A DNA stretch of 64,000 nt from Minisyncoccota bacterium (lineage in GTDB: Bacteria > Patescibacteriota > Minisyncoccia > Phycocordibacterales > UBA2100), in the NCBI GenBank assembly GCA_043780835.1, contig JAYWCB010000013.1, positions 13,512-77,511 of the forward strand. The letters run 5' to 3'. A program made the translations under genes and the position numbers. A model generated the notes under the pieces. The model worked only from the letters and a program-made list of their open reading frames with translations. It searched no databases and was not told the DNA's origin. This document shows, piece after piece, positions 1-9,987 of the stretch (positions are counted from its first letter, which is position 1; every line of letters begins with the position of its first letter).

Positions 1-1
1 T

Positions 2-469
2 ATGATCGTTTGGTACCGGCTTCCGGGATTGATTGCCGTCATTGCGCTCTCGCTCTACGTGATTGCAAACCTCGCGATTTTCTTGTTCTTCCGCGTCACG
101 ATCACGTCCGCCGGTATTGCGGGTCTTATTCTCTCCATCGGTATGGCGGTTGATGCAAACATTCTGATCTTCGAGCGCACCAAAGAAGAACTGCATGCGG
201 GGAAGAATACCGAGGATGCAATTCGCGAAGGATTCGCACGTGCATGGCTCTCAATTCGCGACTCAAATATTTCGTCTATTATAACGGCGGTCATTCTCTT
301 CTGGTTTTCGACATCGCTCGTGCGCGGATTCGCGCTGGTGTTCGGTATTGGTGTGCTCGTCTCCATGCTCACAGCAATCACGGTATCCCGCACGTTCTTG
401 ATGGCGCTCGGTGTGAACGCAAAAACAGGTATCGCGAGATTCTTATTCGGTAGCGGCACCAAAGCGTAA
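2..469 (+). CDS. secD: Protein-export membrane protein SecD, C-terminal part (5' end lies outside the window)
   Basis: ORF in frame from the window edge. The translation has the SecD/SecF C-terminal membrane-domain signature (GIAGLILSIGMAVDANILIFER, TAVILFWFSTS). SecF follows 2 nt downstream. Confidence 0.8.
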   Translation: MIVWYRLPGLIAVIALSLYVIANLAIFLFFRVTITSAGIAGLILSIGMAVDANILIFERTKEELHAGKNTEDAIREGFARAWLSIRDSNISSIITAVILFWFSTSLVRGFALVFGIGVLVSMLTAITVSRTFLMALGVNAKTGIARFLFGSGTKA

Positions 470-470
470 T

Positions 471-1385
471 ATGTTTGTCGTCAACAACAGAAATCTATTC
501 TTTGCCTTCACTGGCTTTTTGCTCGTGGCATCGATTGTTGCGATTGCGGTATTCGGACTAAAGCTCGGAACGGATTTCACTGGCGGTACGCTCGCGCAGA
601 TTACATACCAAACGCGACCTGCGCCGCAGCTGGTGCACGATGCGCTCGATGCTGCGGGATTCAAAAACTATTCGCTTCGAGAAGCGGGCGCAAAAGATTT
701 CGTGCTGCGCTCGGCAAACCTCACGGACGTGCAACGAAAATCACTGCCTGAAATCATATCCGGCGGAGAAGCGTTCAAGGGCTCTATCACACAACTCACG
801 GAAGTGGGACCGACAATCGGTGTCGAGCTCCGCAATAAGTCGCTTCTTGCAATGGCACTGGTACTTCTGTGCATCATGCTTTTTATTGCATTTGCCTTTC
901 GTCACGTTTCAGAACCAGTTTCTTCATGGACATACGGTTTCATTGCAATCGTGACGCTCGGACACGACGTTATTATTCCGGCCGGCGCGTATGCAGTATT
1001 TGGCCACTTTTGGGGCGCGCAGGTGGATACGCTTTTCGTAACTGCGCTCCTTACAATCCTCGGCTTTTCCATTCACGATACGATCGTCGTGTTTGACCGA
1101 ACACGCGAGAATTTGCGCATCAATAAAGAAAAAGGCCGTCGCGAGGACTTTTCTATCACAGCCGGGCGCTCACTCAATCAGACCATCGTGCGCTCGATCA
1201 ATACTTCACTCACTGTGGTGATTTCATTGCTCACACTGTTCTTCTTTGGCCCCGCCGCGACGAAAGATTTCGCCCTTACGCTTCTTGTGGGCATTATTGC
1301 CGGTACATACTCATCGATTTTCTTTGCGACGCCGCTTTTGGTGGTGTGGGAAAAGGCTCGTCGTAAAGTCGGCAAAACGAAATAG
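471..1385 (+). CDS. secF: Protein-export membrane protein SecF
   Basis: 304-aa multi-TM ORF with SecF-like motifs (FTGGT, HDTIVVFDR, FFATP). Directly downstream of secD. Confidence 0.85.
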   Translation: MFVVNNRNLFFAFTGFLLVASIVAIAVFGLKLGTDFTGGTLAQITYQTRPAPQLVHDALDAAGFKNYSLREAGAKDFVLRSANLTDVQRKSLPEIISGGEAFKGSITQLTEVGPTIGVELRNKSLLAMALVLLCIMLFIAFAFRHVSEPVSSWTYGFIAIVTLGHDVIIPAGAYAVFGHFWGAQVDTLFVTALLTILGFSIHDTIVVFDRTRENLRINKEKGRREDFSITAGRSLNQTIVRSINTSLTVVISLLTLFFFGPAATKDFALTLLVGIIAGTYSSIFFATPLLVVWEKARRKVGKTK

Positions 1386-1457
1386 CGATACGTTGACGCC
1401 GCTGCATTGATGCGGCATTGTGCCCTTCGGAGAAGTTTCGAACACGGGAGGCCGGCG

Positions 1458-1970
1458 ATGACAGAGCAAAACATCTACCTTACCGGCTTCATGGGAGCGG
1501 GTAAATCGACCGTGGGTATCGCATTAGCAAAGCGACTCAACTATCAATTCATTGATCTTGATGAACATATTGAGTTTGTTAACAGGCGATCGATTAGCGA
1601 TATATTTAGTTCAGGCGGGGAGGAGGGCTTTCGATGTATTGAAACCCTCGAATTACAAAAACTATGCGGCTTGGATCGCACCGTGATTTCTACCGGCGGA
1701 GGTGCATTTTGTCAGGACGGGAATCGCGAATTGATGCTCCGTACCGGCCTCGTTGTGTGTATCGACGCTCCGCTTGATCTGATACGAAAGCGGCTCTCCG
1801 GCGACACGGAGAGACCCCTCCTGCAAAATCAGAAAGCGGGCGACTTGTATAAATTGTTCATGACTCGACAACCGCTGTACCGAAAAGCGCATCTCATCGT
1901 GAACGGGAGAAAGTCGGTGCTCGGGATCGTGAATGATATTCTCAGGTATCTCATTAAAACCGGAACGTGA
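1458..1970 (+). CDS. aroK: Shikimate kinase
   Basis: Walker A motif GFMGAGKSTVG near the N-terminus. Size (about 170 aa) is typical. GGGAGG RBS sits 6 nt upstream of the ATG at 1458. The listed ORF start at 1407 is probably an upstream extension. Confidence 0.85.
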   Translation: MTEQNIYLTGFMGAGKSTVGIALAKRLNYQFIDLDEHIEFVNRRSISDIFSSGGEEGFRCIETLELQKLCGLDRTVISTGGGAFCQDGNRELMLRTGLVVCIDAPLDLIRKRLSGDTERPLLQNQKAGDLYKLFMTRQPLYRKAHLIVNGRKSVLGIVNDILRYLIKTGT

Positions 1971-1992
1971 AAAAATAACCAGGTACTTTAAT

Positions 1993-2019
1993 CGACCGGA
2001 AACACCGGTCGATCTTTTA
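1993..2019 (+). terminator. Intrinsic terminator after aroK
   Basis: Stem tcgaccgg/ccggtcga followed by a T-run. Confidence 0.6.
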
Positions 2020-2020
2020 A

Positions 2021-2050
2021 TAAATAAAATACCGATCCTGAGGATCGGTA
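2021..2050 (-). terminator. Intrinsic terminator for the minus-strand gene 2075-2338
   Basis: Stem taccgatcc/ggatcggta, followed on the minus strand by a U-run (plus-strand aaataaaa). Confidence 0.55.
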
Positions 2051-2074
2051 TTTCAAAATGCGCAACGGGATTGA

Positions 2075-2338
2075 TTAGAATCCCCGAAAATCCGCAAGAA
2101 CATTTGTGGGATGACGCCCTTTCTCGACATCGCTCAAGGCTTGTTGGTATCGCGGGTCCTTTTCGTAGCCTGAACCCCAGAGCGCGACCATGGTCTCGTG
2201 ATGACGAGCTAGCCTGGAGCGCGCATCTTCTTCTGGTTGAGCGATATCTGTGTGAGACATTGACACCTCCGGAGTGAGCGACTTGGTTTTAGTCGAGATT
2301 CCCGGTTCGCGAACGAATCCGTATCCTTTGTGTGGCAT
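2075..2338 (-). CDS. Hypothetical small protein (87 aa)
   Basis: Clean ORF with an AGAGGG RBS about 9 nt upstream. Its own terminator lies downstream. N-terminus reads MPHKGYGFVREPG. No family confidently recognised. Confidence 0.5.
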   Translation of the reverse strand: MPHKGYGFVREPGISTKTKSLTPEVSMSHTDIAQPEEDARSRLARHHETMVALWGSGYEKDPRYQQALSDVEKGRHPTNVLADFRGF

Positions 2339-2473
2339 GTAAGAACCCTCTGTGATTGAAAGAGCGCGAGGTACGAAAGAACTGGCCGGATTGATGATCC
2401 GGAATCTGGTTCGAAGGTCTTCGAGCGAGATTCCGAGGCACTATCCGTTCTCCGATAGTCTTGCCGTAACAAA

Positions 2474-2525
2474 GAAGCCCCCGCTTGGGGCGGGGGCTTC
2501 TGGTGTTGTTTCGGTTTGTTTATTT
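2474..2525. terminator. GC-rich hairpin plus T-rich tail, terminator-like
   Basis: Stem gaagcccccgc/gcgggggcttc with a ttgg loop, followed by a T-rich tract. No annotated gene ends here. Confidence 0.4.
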
Positions 2526-2755
2526 CTGAACCGTTGCATACGCCAAAGCCCCCTGTTTCCAGAAGCTATAAAAGTATACAAATGCGATGACTGCTCGATT
2601 CATTACGATTGAGAGTACGCCTGTCTGAAATTCTGTCAAGATTTGATCACATAATTATTCTTGACAGGATGCGCGTCCGCAGTAGGCTTCGTTGAGTACT
2701 GTTGCGTAGCGTGCGTAAAGGACGGTAGAAGACTGCCATTACAAGGGAGATACCA

Positions 2756-3139
2756 ATGGCGCAAGTCAGACTAAAAGAAACGGACTACGAAGACGGCGAC
2801 ACATCAGTGATGCATGTCAGTGCAAGGCAAGGTACCGGTGACGAGCTCATGGGTCCGAGCGGTCGGCTCGCGTACATGTTACGTGGTCACTGGGTCGGTA
2901 TTCTCGGCGGGGAGCCTACGGGGGCACGAGGCTCGCGCCCAAGTCGTAAGCAGTACGCGCTCTTTATCGTGAGTCAGAAGAAAGGCGGCGGGTACGACGT
3001 TCATTTCAAAGAGGCACTCACGAAGAGCGAGGTTGAGCGCGAAGAGATTTCGAAGCGCCTGCATCATTCGCATGAATTACATTCATTCGTATTGCCGGTC
3101 ACTGTGCGGAATCAACGCTGCCAACTTATTACGCTCTAG
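2756..3139 (+). CDS. Hypothetical protein (127 aa)
   Basis: ORF with an AAGGGAG RBS. Followed by a terminator hairpin at 3164-3200. Confidence 0.5.
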   Translation: MAQVRLKETDYEDGDTSVMHVSARQGTGDELMGPSGRLAYMLRGHWVGILGGEPTGARGSRPSRKQYALFIVSQKKGGGYDVHFKEALTKSEVEREEISKRLHHSHELHSFVLPVTVRNQRCQLITL

Positions 3140-3163
3140 TCACTGCGACTAGAGCACACCTCA

Positions 3164-3200
3164 ACACCGGCGTGCAATGCATGCCGGTGTTTTGTTCTTT
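3164..3200 (+). terminator. Intrinsic terminator
   Basis: Stem caccggc...gccggtg followed by tttgttcttttt. Confidence 0.6.
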
Positions 3201-3280
3201 TTATTCTTGACCGCGTTCTGATCGGGCGTACTATTCCACAAGCAAAGACAGAGTGTCTTTCTAAGAAGAGGATATCGGTC

Positions 3281-3487
3281 ATGTCGAAAACACCGCATCA
3301 TCGCAAAGATGAGAGTGCCGTTGGCGTCACTGAAAATGCATCCGAACCGTTTGTGGACGGACAGGTCGCGCACGCGCCGTTTCCGGATCAGCGTGTTCGC
3401 GCAACGTTTGCGGCACCGCATCCGCGTAAACGTGACGTGAATCGGGACTTTGACGTTCTGCCTCGCGGACGTCTTGCAACGGATTAA
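3281..3487 (+). CDS. Hypothetical small protein (68 aa)
   Basis: AAGAGGA RBS 7 nt upstream. Followed by a terminator at 3511-3550. Confidence 0.4.
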   Translation: MSKTPHHRKDESAVGVTENASEPFVDGQVAHAPFPDQRVRATFAAPHPRKRDVNRDFDVLPRGRLATD

Positions 3488-3510
3488 TGACGGCATCGCA
3501 GATACGTAGA

Positions 3511-3550
3511 CCCCGGTACATAGTGCCGGGGGCTATTTTTTTATTTTACT
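3511..3550 (+). terminator. Intrinsic terminator
   Basis: Stem ccccggtac/gtgccgggg followed by a T-run. Confidence 0.6.
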
Positions 3551-3616
3551 TTTTCTGAAAATAATTTACACTCCATCGGTCGAGCAATCCGCTCGTCGCT
3601 ACGTAGGAGACTTCGA

Positions 3617-3772
3617 GTGAATCCGAATCAACAGAAGCCGCAGTCGCAGCACGATCAGGACCAGTCGCGTCAGGGTCAGCAGAATCAAGAAAGCGGCGGA
3701 CATCAACCCGGTCGCGATGAAAAATCGGGCAACAAGCGCCAGAATCAGAAGCCCGGCTCGAAGTCGAAATAA
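3617..3772 (+). CDS. Small Gln/Lys-rich low-complexity protein (51 aa, GTG start)
   Basis: Not in the ORF track (under 60 aa). A TAGGAGA RBS sits 7 nt before a GTG start. Translation VNPNQQKPQSQHDQDQSRQGQQNQESGGHQPGRDEKSGNKRQNQKPGSKSK. A strong terminator lies at 3801-3833. Confidence 0.35.
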   Translation: MNPNQQKPQSQHDQDQSRQGQQNQESGGHQPGRDEKSGNKRQNQKPGSKSK

Positions 3773-3800
3773 CCAACGGTCATTACGACCGAAGATCTTT

Positions 3801-3833
3801 AGTCCCGGCAGCTCGCTGCCGGGACTTTTGTTA
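3801..3833 (+). terminator. Intrinsic terminator
   Basis: 12-bp stem agtcccggcagc/gctgccgggact followed by ttttgtt. Confidence 0.65.
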
Positions 3834-4149
3834 TTAGAAGCGGCGCATTGACCGGTCATTGCCGAGGTTCACAATGGTGGAAGTGCCGCGCGGAGATCCG
3901 TGGAGAAAAGGCGCCAATGCCTAGCCCTGCCATCGGACCCAGTGAGGCGTCATGCCCTCAAATGGGATTTAAAAACAGCACGTGCAATCAATCGGGAGCA
4001 ATCTGCTCAAAGCCTCGGAAATTGGCGCGCCGCTTGTCGACGCGCCCTTTCATTGTAAAAGCCCTCCCTCAGGAGGCCTTCATCACGCTTACGATATACT
4101 GCCAAAACGGGCCTTTTGTGGCTTCAATCATGGTCTTTCGGCCTTGGGG

Positions 4150-4177
4150 TTGACTCTCATGGTTTAGCGCTTATAAT
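4150..4177 (+). promoter_or_regulatory. Sigma-70-like promoter (TTGACT, 16 nt spacer, TATAAT), candidate rRNA promoter
   Basis: Near-consensus -35 and -10 hexamers about 535 nt upstream of the 16S start. No protein gene lies between them. Confidence 0.4.
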
Positions 4178-4711
4178 GGCTCGACCATCGCTCCTGATGG
4201 CCTTTTATTTGGGGTCGGAATTGATTTTCTGATCAACGAATATGCCTGACTGCCACTCGGCACGACGGCCTTCAAACCGAAGAGGGCGGGATGTGGATGG
4301 CTGAACTTTGACATTTGAATAGACAAAGCATTTTGCATCGAATTCTGTAGCGGAATTCGGTGTGAGAAAAACAATCAATGTAAATTCACAAAGATTGGTA
4401 AGACTCGAATATCCAATAAGCCGGATGTTCGAGAAGCAATGCAACACACAAGCAAGCAAACAAAATACAACGTACTGCGAAGCCCTAGGAGAGTTTCGTA
4501 GTATATGAGGAATAGAAACAGTACTGATTACATTGATCCAAATGTAAATCAGGAAACAAAAAATCAGATTGAATCATGTTCTTCGAACATGCATAAATGT
4601 GCATTCTTTTGTTTCGTCCATCCTAAAAAAGAACTAAATCAAATTTGTAACAGAATTTCATGGCAGTGCACTCAAGGATCCGTCCACGTGCACACTATGT
4701 AATACATTCTT

Positions 4712-6169
<1,458 letters not shown>

Positions 6170-6254
6170 AAATTGGACGCTGAAACACCCGCGAGGGTGC
6201 GGTAAGCTAATAGGCGATTTGGGTATCTCGATCGAGTACCCAAGGGAAATGGCA

Positions 6255-6345
6255 TTCATCCATAAATGATGCCTGACATATCGGCAAAGACCGGTAGTTT
6301 GGACGAAACAAAAGAGTGTATATTCTTTTTTGTCTGCAAGTTTGT
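6255..6345 (+). repeat. Noncoding repeat R1 (paralog of 6722-6790 and 8150-8245)
   Basis: Shares GATGCCTGAC..AAGACCGGTAGTTTGGACGAAACAAAAG(A)GTG and the downstream block ...TAAATAATGCTTTGTCTATTCA with the other copies, at about 85% identity. Confidence 0.7.
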
Positions 6346-6387
6346 GTGCTAAATAATGCTTTGTCTATTCAGATGTGAAATAAAAAA

Positions 6388-6420
6388 ACAGCCGGCTCGC
6401 AATGAGTCGGCTGTTTTTGT
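6388..6420 (+). terminator. Intrinsic terminator after 16S/R1
   Basis: Stem acagccggctc..gagtcggctgt followed by tttttg. Confidence 0.6.
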
Positions 6421-6447
6421 GTAATTCACCAATGCTATGCTTTGTTT

Positions 6448-6690
6448 ATGATTCAGGTACGTATTGTAAAGCGAAGCGAGAACCCGTCTCTGTTTTGGAG
6501 TTCTGTTTTTCAAGGGGCGTTTCTTGCTCTCTTGCCGGTACTGGGTTTTGCCGCATTTATCGGATATATCCTTCAGCTATCAACGCGGACCAATATTGTG
6601 TTCATCGCGGGCACGGGAATAATTGTATTCTTGGTAACAGCGTTCGCGCTTTCAAGGCGTGAGGTAATCCCCGAGATTGGCCTTGTATAA
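6448..6690 (+). CDS. Hypothetical small membrane protein (2 predicted TM)
   Basis: ORF with two hydrophobic segments. No clear RBS. Weak support. Confidence 0.3.
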   Translation: MIQVRIVKRSENPSLFWSSVFQGAFLALLPVLGFAAFIGYILQLSTRTNIVFIAGTGIIVFLVTAFALSRREVIPEIGLV

Positions 6691-6721
6691 GTCGCACAAA
6701 CATCCAAGTTTGTACCTACCC

Positions 6722-6790
6722 CCAAATGATGCCTGACGTACTGGGAAAGACCGGTAGTTTGGACGAAACAAAAGTGTAAATAAAAACACC
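6722..6790 (+). repeat. Noncoding repeat R2 (shorter copy of R1/R3)
   Basis: AAATGATGCCTGACGTACTGGGAAAGACCGGTAGTTTGGACGAAACAAAAGTGTAAATAAA. A terminator-like hairpin follows at 6785-6817 (aacaccc...gggtgttttttt). Confidence 0.65.
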
Positions 6791-6904
6791 CCAGAACAAT
6801 GACGGAGGGTGTTTTTTAGGTATGCCATAATTCATGGTATTTCGTCTGGTTTGATTCTCACGATGCCGCAGGTTTAACCTGCGGCATTTGGCGGTTACTT
6901 AGCA

Positions 6905-7456
6905 TTAACCGCCAAATTTCCACATTCCAAGCATAAATAAAGTCATGAGCACCGCGAATACAAGAATTCCAGACAATAGCACTTTTATAAGATTACTCAA
7001 CGCATTTTTCTTGCTTCCTGAAGCTGGGCCGGTCAAAGTATCGACACCGTTATTTTTAGCATATATATTTCTCAGCCCGACTTTCACCAGATACATGCCG
7101 AATCCAAGTAGAGCAAGGGGTCCGGCATAATCTATGTACGGTTTGTCCGACTGGCCCAATGACGTTCTCCATAGAACTAGCCCATAGAGTGCTAGAAGTG
7201 TACTAAGGCTTCCAAGAACTGTGTAAAGATATCCAGTGAAACGGCGTGAATGAGGTGTCATCTCACGGACCCCTATCCATGTGCACATGAGACCTGCCGG
7301 AATTCCTACAATCCAGAATAGTGTTTCTGTGCCTGCGAGCACAAGGTCACCAGACGAATAAAGAATGCCCACCGCGATGATGCAAAAGAGTGTAAAGAGA
7401 ATGCCGAATGCCCCAAGGGCAATACCTATGAGGGAGTAAAGAGGGTCTTTTCTCAT
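6905..7456 (-). CDS. Hypothetical integral membrane protein (about 183 aa)
   Basis: Multi-TM hydrophobic ORF. The likely start MRKDPLYSLIG overlaps the upstream gene's stop by 4 nt (ATGA). The listed ORF extends to 7615, probably an artefact. Confidence 0.5.
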   Translation of the reverse strand: MRKDPLYSLIGIALGAFGILFTLFCIIAVGILYSSGDLVLAGTETLFWIVGIPAGLMCTWIGVREMTPHSRRFTGYLYTVLGSLSTLLALYGLVLWRTSLGQSDKPYIDYAGPLALLGFGMYLVKVGLRNIYAKNNGVDTLTGPASGSKKNALSNLIKVLLSGILVFAVLMTLFMLGMWKFGG

Positions 7457-8052
7457 TTGACCGAAGAAGCAATAGCTTTTTTGGTGAAGAAATACGTCGC
7501 GTAGTAGAGGATAGCGATGGATACGAGAAGTCGGATGATGGTGACTGTATCGAGATGTTCCGAAAGAATGAACGTGCCAAGGAAGAAGAAAACGGCCCAA
7601 ATACCCGCAAACCAAAGTGCGACACGGGCGGGATCATGTTTACTTTGGAGATAGCCTTTTCGGGCAACGTATGACACTGACGCCCAGCAGCTTATTATCG
7701 TTACGATAATGCCCAACAACAGACCCACAAAGAAATTCTGGAGTAAATCTTTTGGTAAAAGATAGTATGCAGGAACGTTAAGTACGATACCGCATATAAT
7801 GAAAATAAACGCCATCCGATTCGTTACGAAGAAGTACCCGTGGTCTTTCTCAGACTGCGCCTCAGCTCTAGACATGCTACGGCCAAGCCAACCCAGTAGA
7901 AGAGCGCCGCCGATGGTGCCAATACCTGTCCCCACAAGATGAATTGAGCCCGGTGTATTCGCGGGCAACACAGATTCGAGTACAACAGCTGAAATAATCA
8001 GTCCCAAAAAAAAGCCTATAATTCCGTACAAGAAAGCGCGAATTGATAGCAT
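7453..8052 (-). CDS. Hypothetical integral membrane protein (199 aa)
   Basis: Five or six hydrophobic helices. Translationally coupled to the downstream membrane-protein gene. Confidence 0.55.
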   Translation of the reverse strand: MLSIRAFLYGIIGFFLGLIISAVVLESVLPANTPGSIHLVGTGIGTIGGALLLGWLGRSMSRAEAQSEKDHGYFFVTNRMAFIFIICGIVLNVPAYYLLPKDLLQNFFVGLLLGIIVTIISCWASVSYVARKGYLQSKHDPARVALWFAGIWAVFFFLGTFILSEHLDTVTIIRLLVSIAILYYATYFFTKKAIASSVK

Positions 8053-8149
8053 GTCAATATTTTACCCCCCCCCGTGGAGTCCGTGCCTGATACCTTTCTC
8101 ATATATGGGGACAGAGATAATACGACACTATTCGAGCGAATAAGGGAGA

Positions 8150-8245
8150 GAGACCGGTAGTTTGGACGAAACAAAAGAGTGAATATTCTTTCTGTGTTGT
8201 TTGAATGTTTGTGTGTAAATAAATGCTTTGTCTATTCAAAAGTCA
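8150..8245 (+). repeat. Noncoding repeat R3 (paralog of R1)
   Basis: AGACCGGTAGTTTGGACGAAACAAAAGAGTGAATATTCTTTCTGTG...GTGTGTAAATAAATGCTTTGTCTATTCAAAAG. Confidence 0.7.
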
Positions 8246-8401
8246 GTACTCGCGAGTAATGGTCGTAAAAAACGCCCGCTTCCTTCGAGGAACACGGTTT
8301 TTTTGTACTGGTATGCTTTCCAGATATTAAGGAAAAACTCCTCATACAACACCAATCTTGCCGCAGGTTTAACCTGCGGAAACTTTCACCTCAGGAGCGA
8401 A

Positions 8402-8568
8402 AGATTTTGGAAATGCGCAAGGGCCTGACCGAGGAGGGGATTTGTTTTCTCTCGAAGAGGTCGGAGGGAATTCGACATTACCCACGAGCGTATCCGACAA
8501 ATCGAAGCCAAAGCCTTGGAGCACATCCGTTTCTACGATTGTGCTAAACAGCTGCGAAGTTACTAGTG
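8402..8568 (+). pseudogene. Frameshifted remnant of a sigma-70 (RpoD/SigA) C-terminus, region 4
   Basis: Three frames read in succession give EMRKGLTEEG, then SLEEVGG, then EFDITHERIRQIEAKALEHIRFYDCAKQLRSY*. RIRQIEAKAL is the hallmark sigma-70 region 4.2 helix. No upstream sigma domains are present. Confidence 0.55.
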
Positions 8569-9120
8569 AGTCTTGTGAGCCTCGATTCTGTCGGCAATCT
8601 CGTCTGCGAGGTACGTTCGAATCATGTATTCAGTACTAGCGTCTTTTGGTTTTAGGACGAGAAATGAACGTGCGAACGTAGGGCTGTTATAGAATCGCTG
8701 GCCGAACATTTTACCGAGTGCTGTGTTCCCGGTAGGGACCGTACCGAAACGTGAAGTCTCGTACGCATCGCCAAACTCTGACGCGTTATGGTAGCGGTCG
8801 CCATATTTTCCGTTCCAAAATTTGAATCCGAAATATTGTGACCATGGAAGACGAACTACTTTCGCTTCACGAATCTTCGAAAGGTCGATGATGAGCGGCT
8901 TATACATGCGACCCATTGCAATCGTGAGCTTATCTTGGTGAATGGTAACGATTGTCCATCCATACATGAGTACAATGTATAAGGAGACCAGAGGAGGTGT
9001 GATTACAAGGGGCATTGTTTGGTTGGTGATGCCTTCACGAGCAATAATATAAAGAGGGATTAAAAGTGCGAGCGCGCCAAAACCCAAGTAGAAGATATGG
9101 AGTTGAACGCGCCGGTACAT
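8563..9120 (-). CDS. Hypothetical membrane protein (2 N-terminal TM plus a soluble domain, possibly bacterial PH-like)
   Basis: 185-aa ORF with two hydrophobic helices followed by a soluble domain. Domain assignment is tentative. Confidence 0.5.
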   Translation of the reverse strand: MYRRVQLHIFYLGFGALALLIPLYIIAREGITNQTMPLVITPPLVSLYIVLMYGWTIVTIHQDKLTIAMGRMYKPLIIDLSKIREAKVVRLPWSQYFGFKFWNGKYGDRYHNASEFGDAYETSRFGTVPTGNTALGKMFGQRFYNSPTFARSFLVLKPKDASTEYMIRTYLADEIADRIEAHKTH

Positions 9121-9351
9121 AAAGAAATCATAGCACTAACAATCTCGTCGCAGCTCGATGGGAAGGCGTATGACCAGCTCAATGTAGTCTTGGAGACATA
9201 ATACAGTCTGTAACAGAGAGGCGAGGCCTCCCTGTTCAAAATAATGCTTTGTCTTTATTGCGGTTCTAATTTTTAATTTTCTGCCGTAGTAATGACGCGT
9301 GACAAACCGCCGGCGGCAATGCCGGCGGTTTTCGTATGCTAGTGTCTTTTT

Positions 9352-9975
9352 ATGATAGAAATGGTCTCGTACTATCTTACAGACATATTGCCGCACGCCA
9401 TCGTATACAGTGTCATCACGATCGTCTTACTGATAAGTTTTGTCGCCGCGCTGGCGATAGCCGGAAGAGCGCCTACCACTTCCATACTGCGCTTCGAGCG
9501 TTGGCTCATGTCGCCGTTTACAGTGTGGGAGTTCCTGTATCTTTCGGCACTCTATTTACTGTTCGAAATCGCCGATCTCACACTCGGTGTTATGGCGGCA
9601 TTCGGTGTGCCACAAGTATCGGACATACAGATCTATTTCTTTTCTGGAGGAGATATATTTGCAATCCTCGCGCTACTCATAGCTGTCGCTATTGAAGAGT
9701 TAATATTCCGAGTCGTACCGCTTCTTATTTCAGTACGATTCTGGGGGTTTGGACTGCCTACATTTGCGTGCTTGATCGGGAGCTCTATCGTATTCGGATG
9801 GATGCACGGCGACATCAGAAACGTCTTTATCCAGGGCGCCGGAGGGCTCTTTTTCGGCATGTTCTTCCTTAAACTCTCATATGGCGGCAAGCGGCCGGTC
9901 CAAGCGGCCGCGTTTGTCATCGCGCTGCACTTTGCCTTCGATATGTTCATTATCATCCTTACAGGAACTTTTTAA
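9352..9975 (+). CDS. CPBP-family intramembrane glutamic endopeptidase (CAAX protease/Abi-like)
   Basis: Multi-TM protein with the CPBP motifs EELIFRVVP (EExxxR), FGWMHG (FxxxH) and HFAFD (HxxxD). Confidence 0.8.
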   Translation: MIEMVSYYLTDILPHAIVYSVITIVLLISFVAALAIAGRAPTTSILRFERWLMSPFTVWEFLYLSALYLLFEIADLTLGVMAAFGVPQVSDIQIYFFSGGDIFAILALLIAVAIEELIFRVVPLLISVRFWGFGLPTFACLIGSSIVFGWMHGDIRNVFIQGAGGLFFGMFFLKLSYGGKRPVQAAAFVIALHFAFDMFIIILTGTF

Positions 9976-9987
9976 ACCGATACGACA

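Noticed and set aside
2340-2476. Possible small RNA between the 2075-2338 gene and the hairpin at 2474-2525
   Set aside because: Several short hairpins are present, but I could not match any conserved motif of known RNA families (SRP, RNase P, tmRNA, 6S). It is most simply the 5' leader of the minus-strand small gene.
6860-8390. Two hairpins CCGCAGGTTTAACCTGCGG (about 6866 and about 8366) resembling 16S helix 45 (CCGTAGGGGAACCTGCGG), considered as duplicated 16S 3' ends
   Set aside because: The genuine helix 45 with a GGAA loop is already present at 6131-6160, directly after AAGTCGTAACAAGG. The copies have a UUUAA loop and no flanking rRNA sequence. One lies within the terminator region of the minus-strand gene ending at 6905. 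The resemblance may be coincidental, so they are noted here only.
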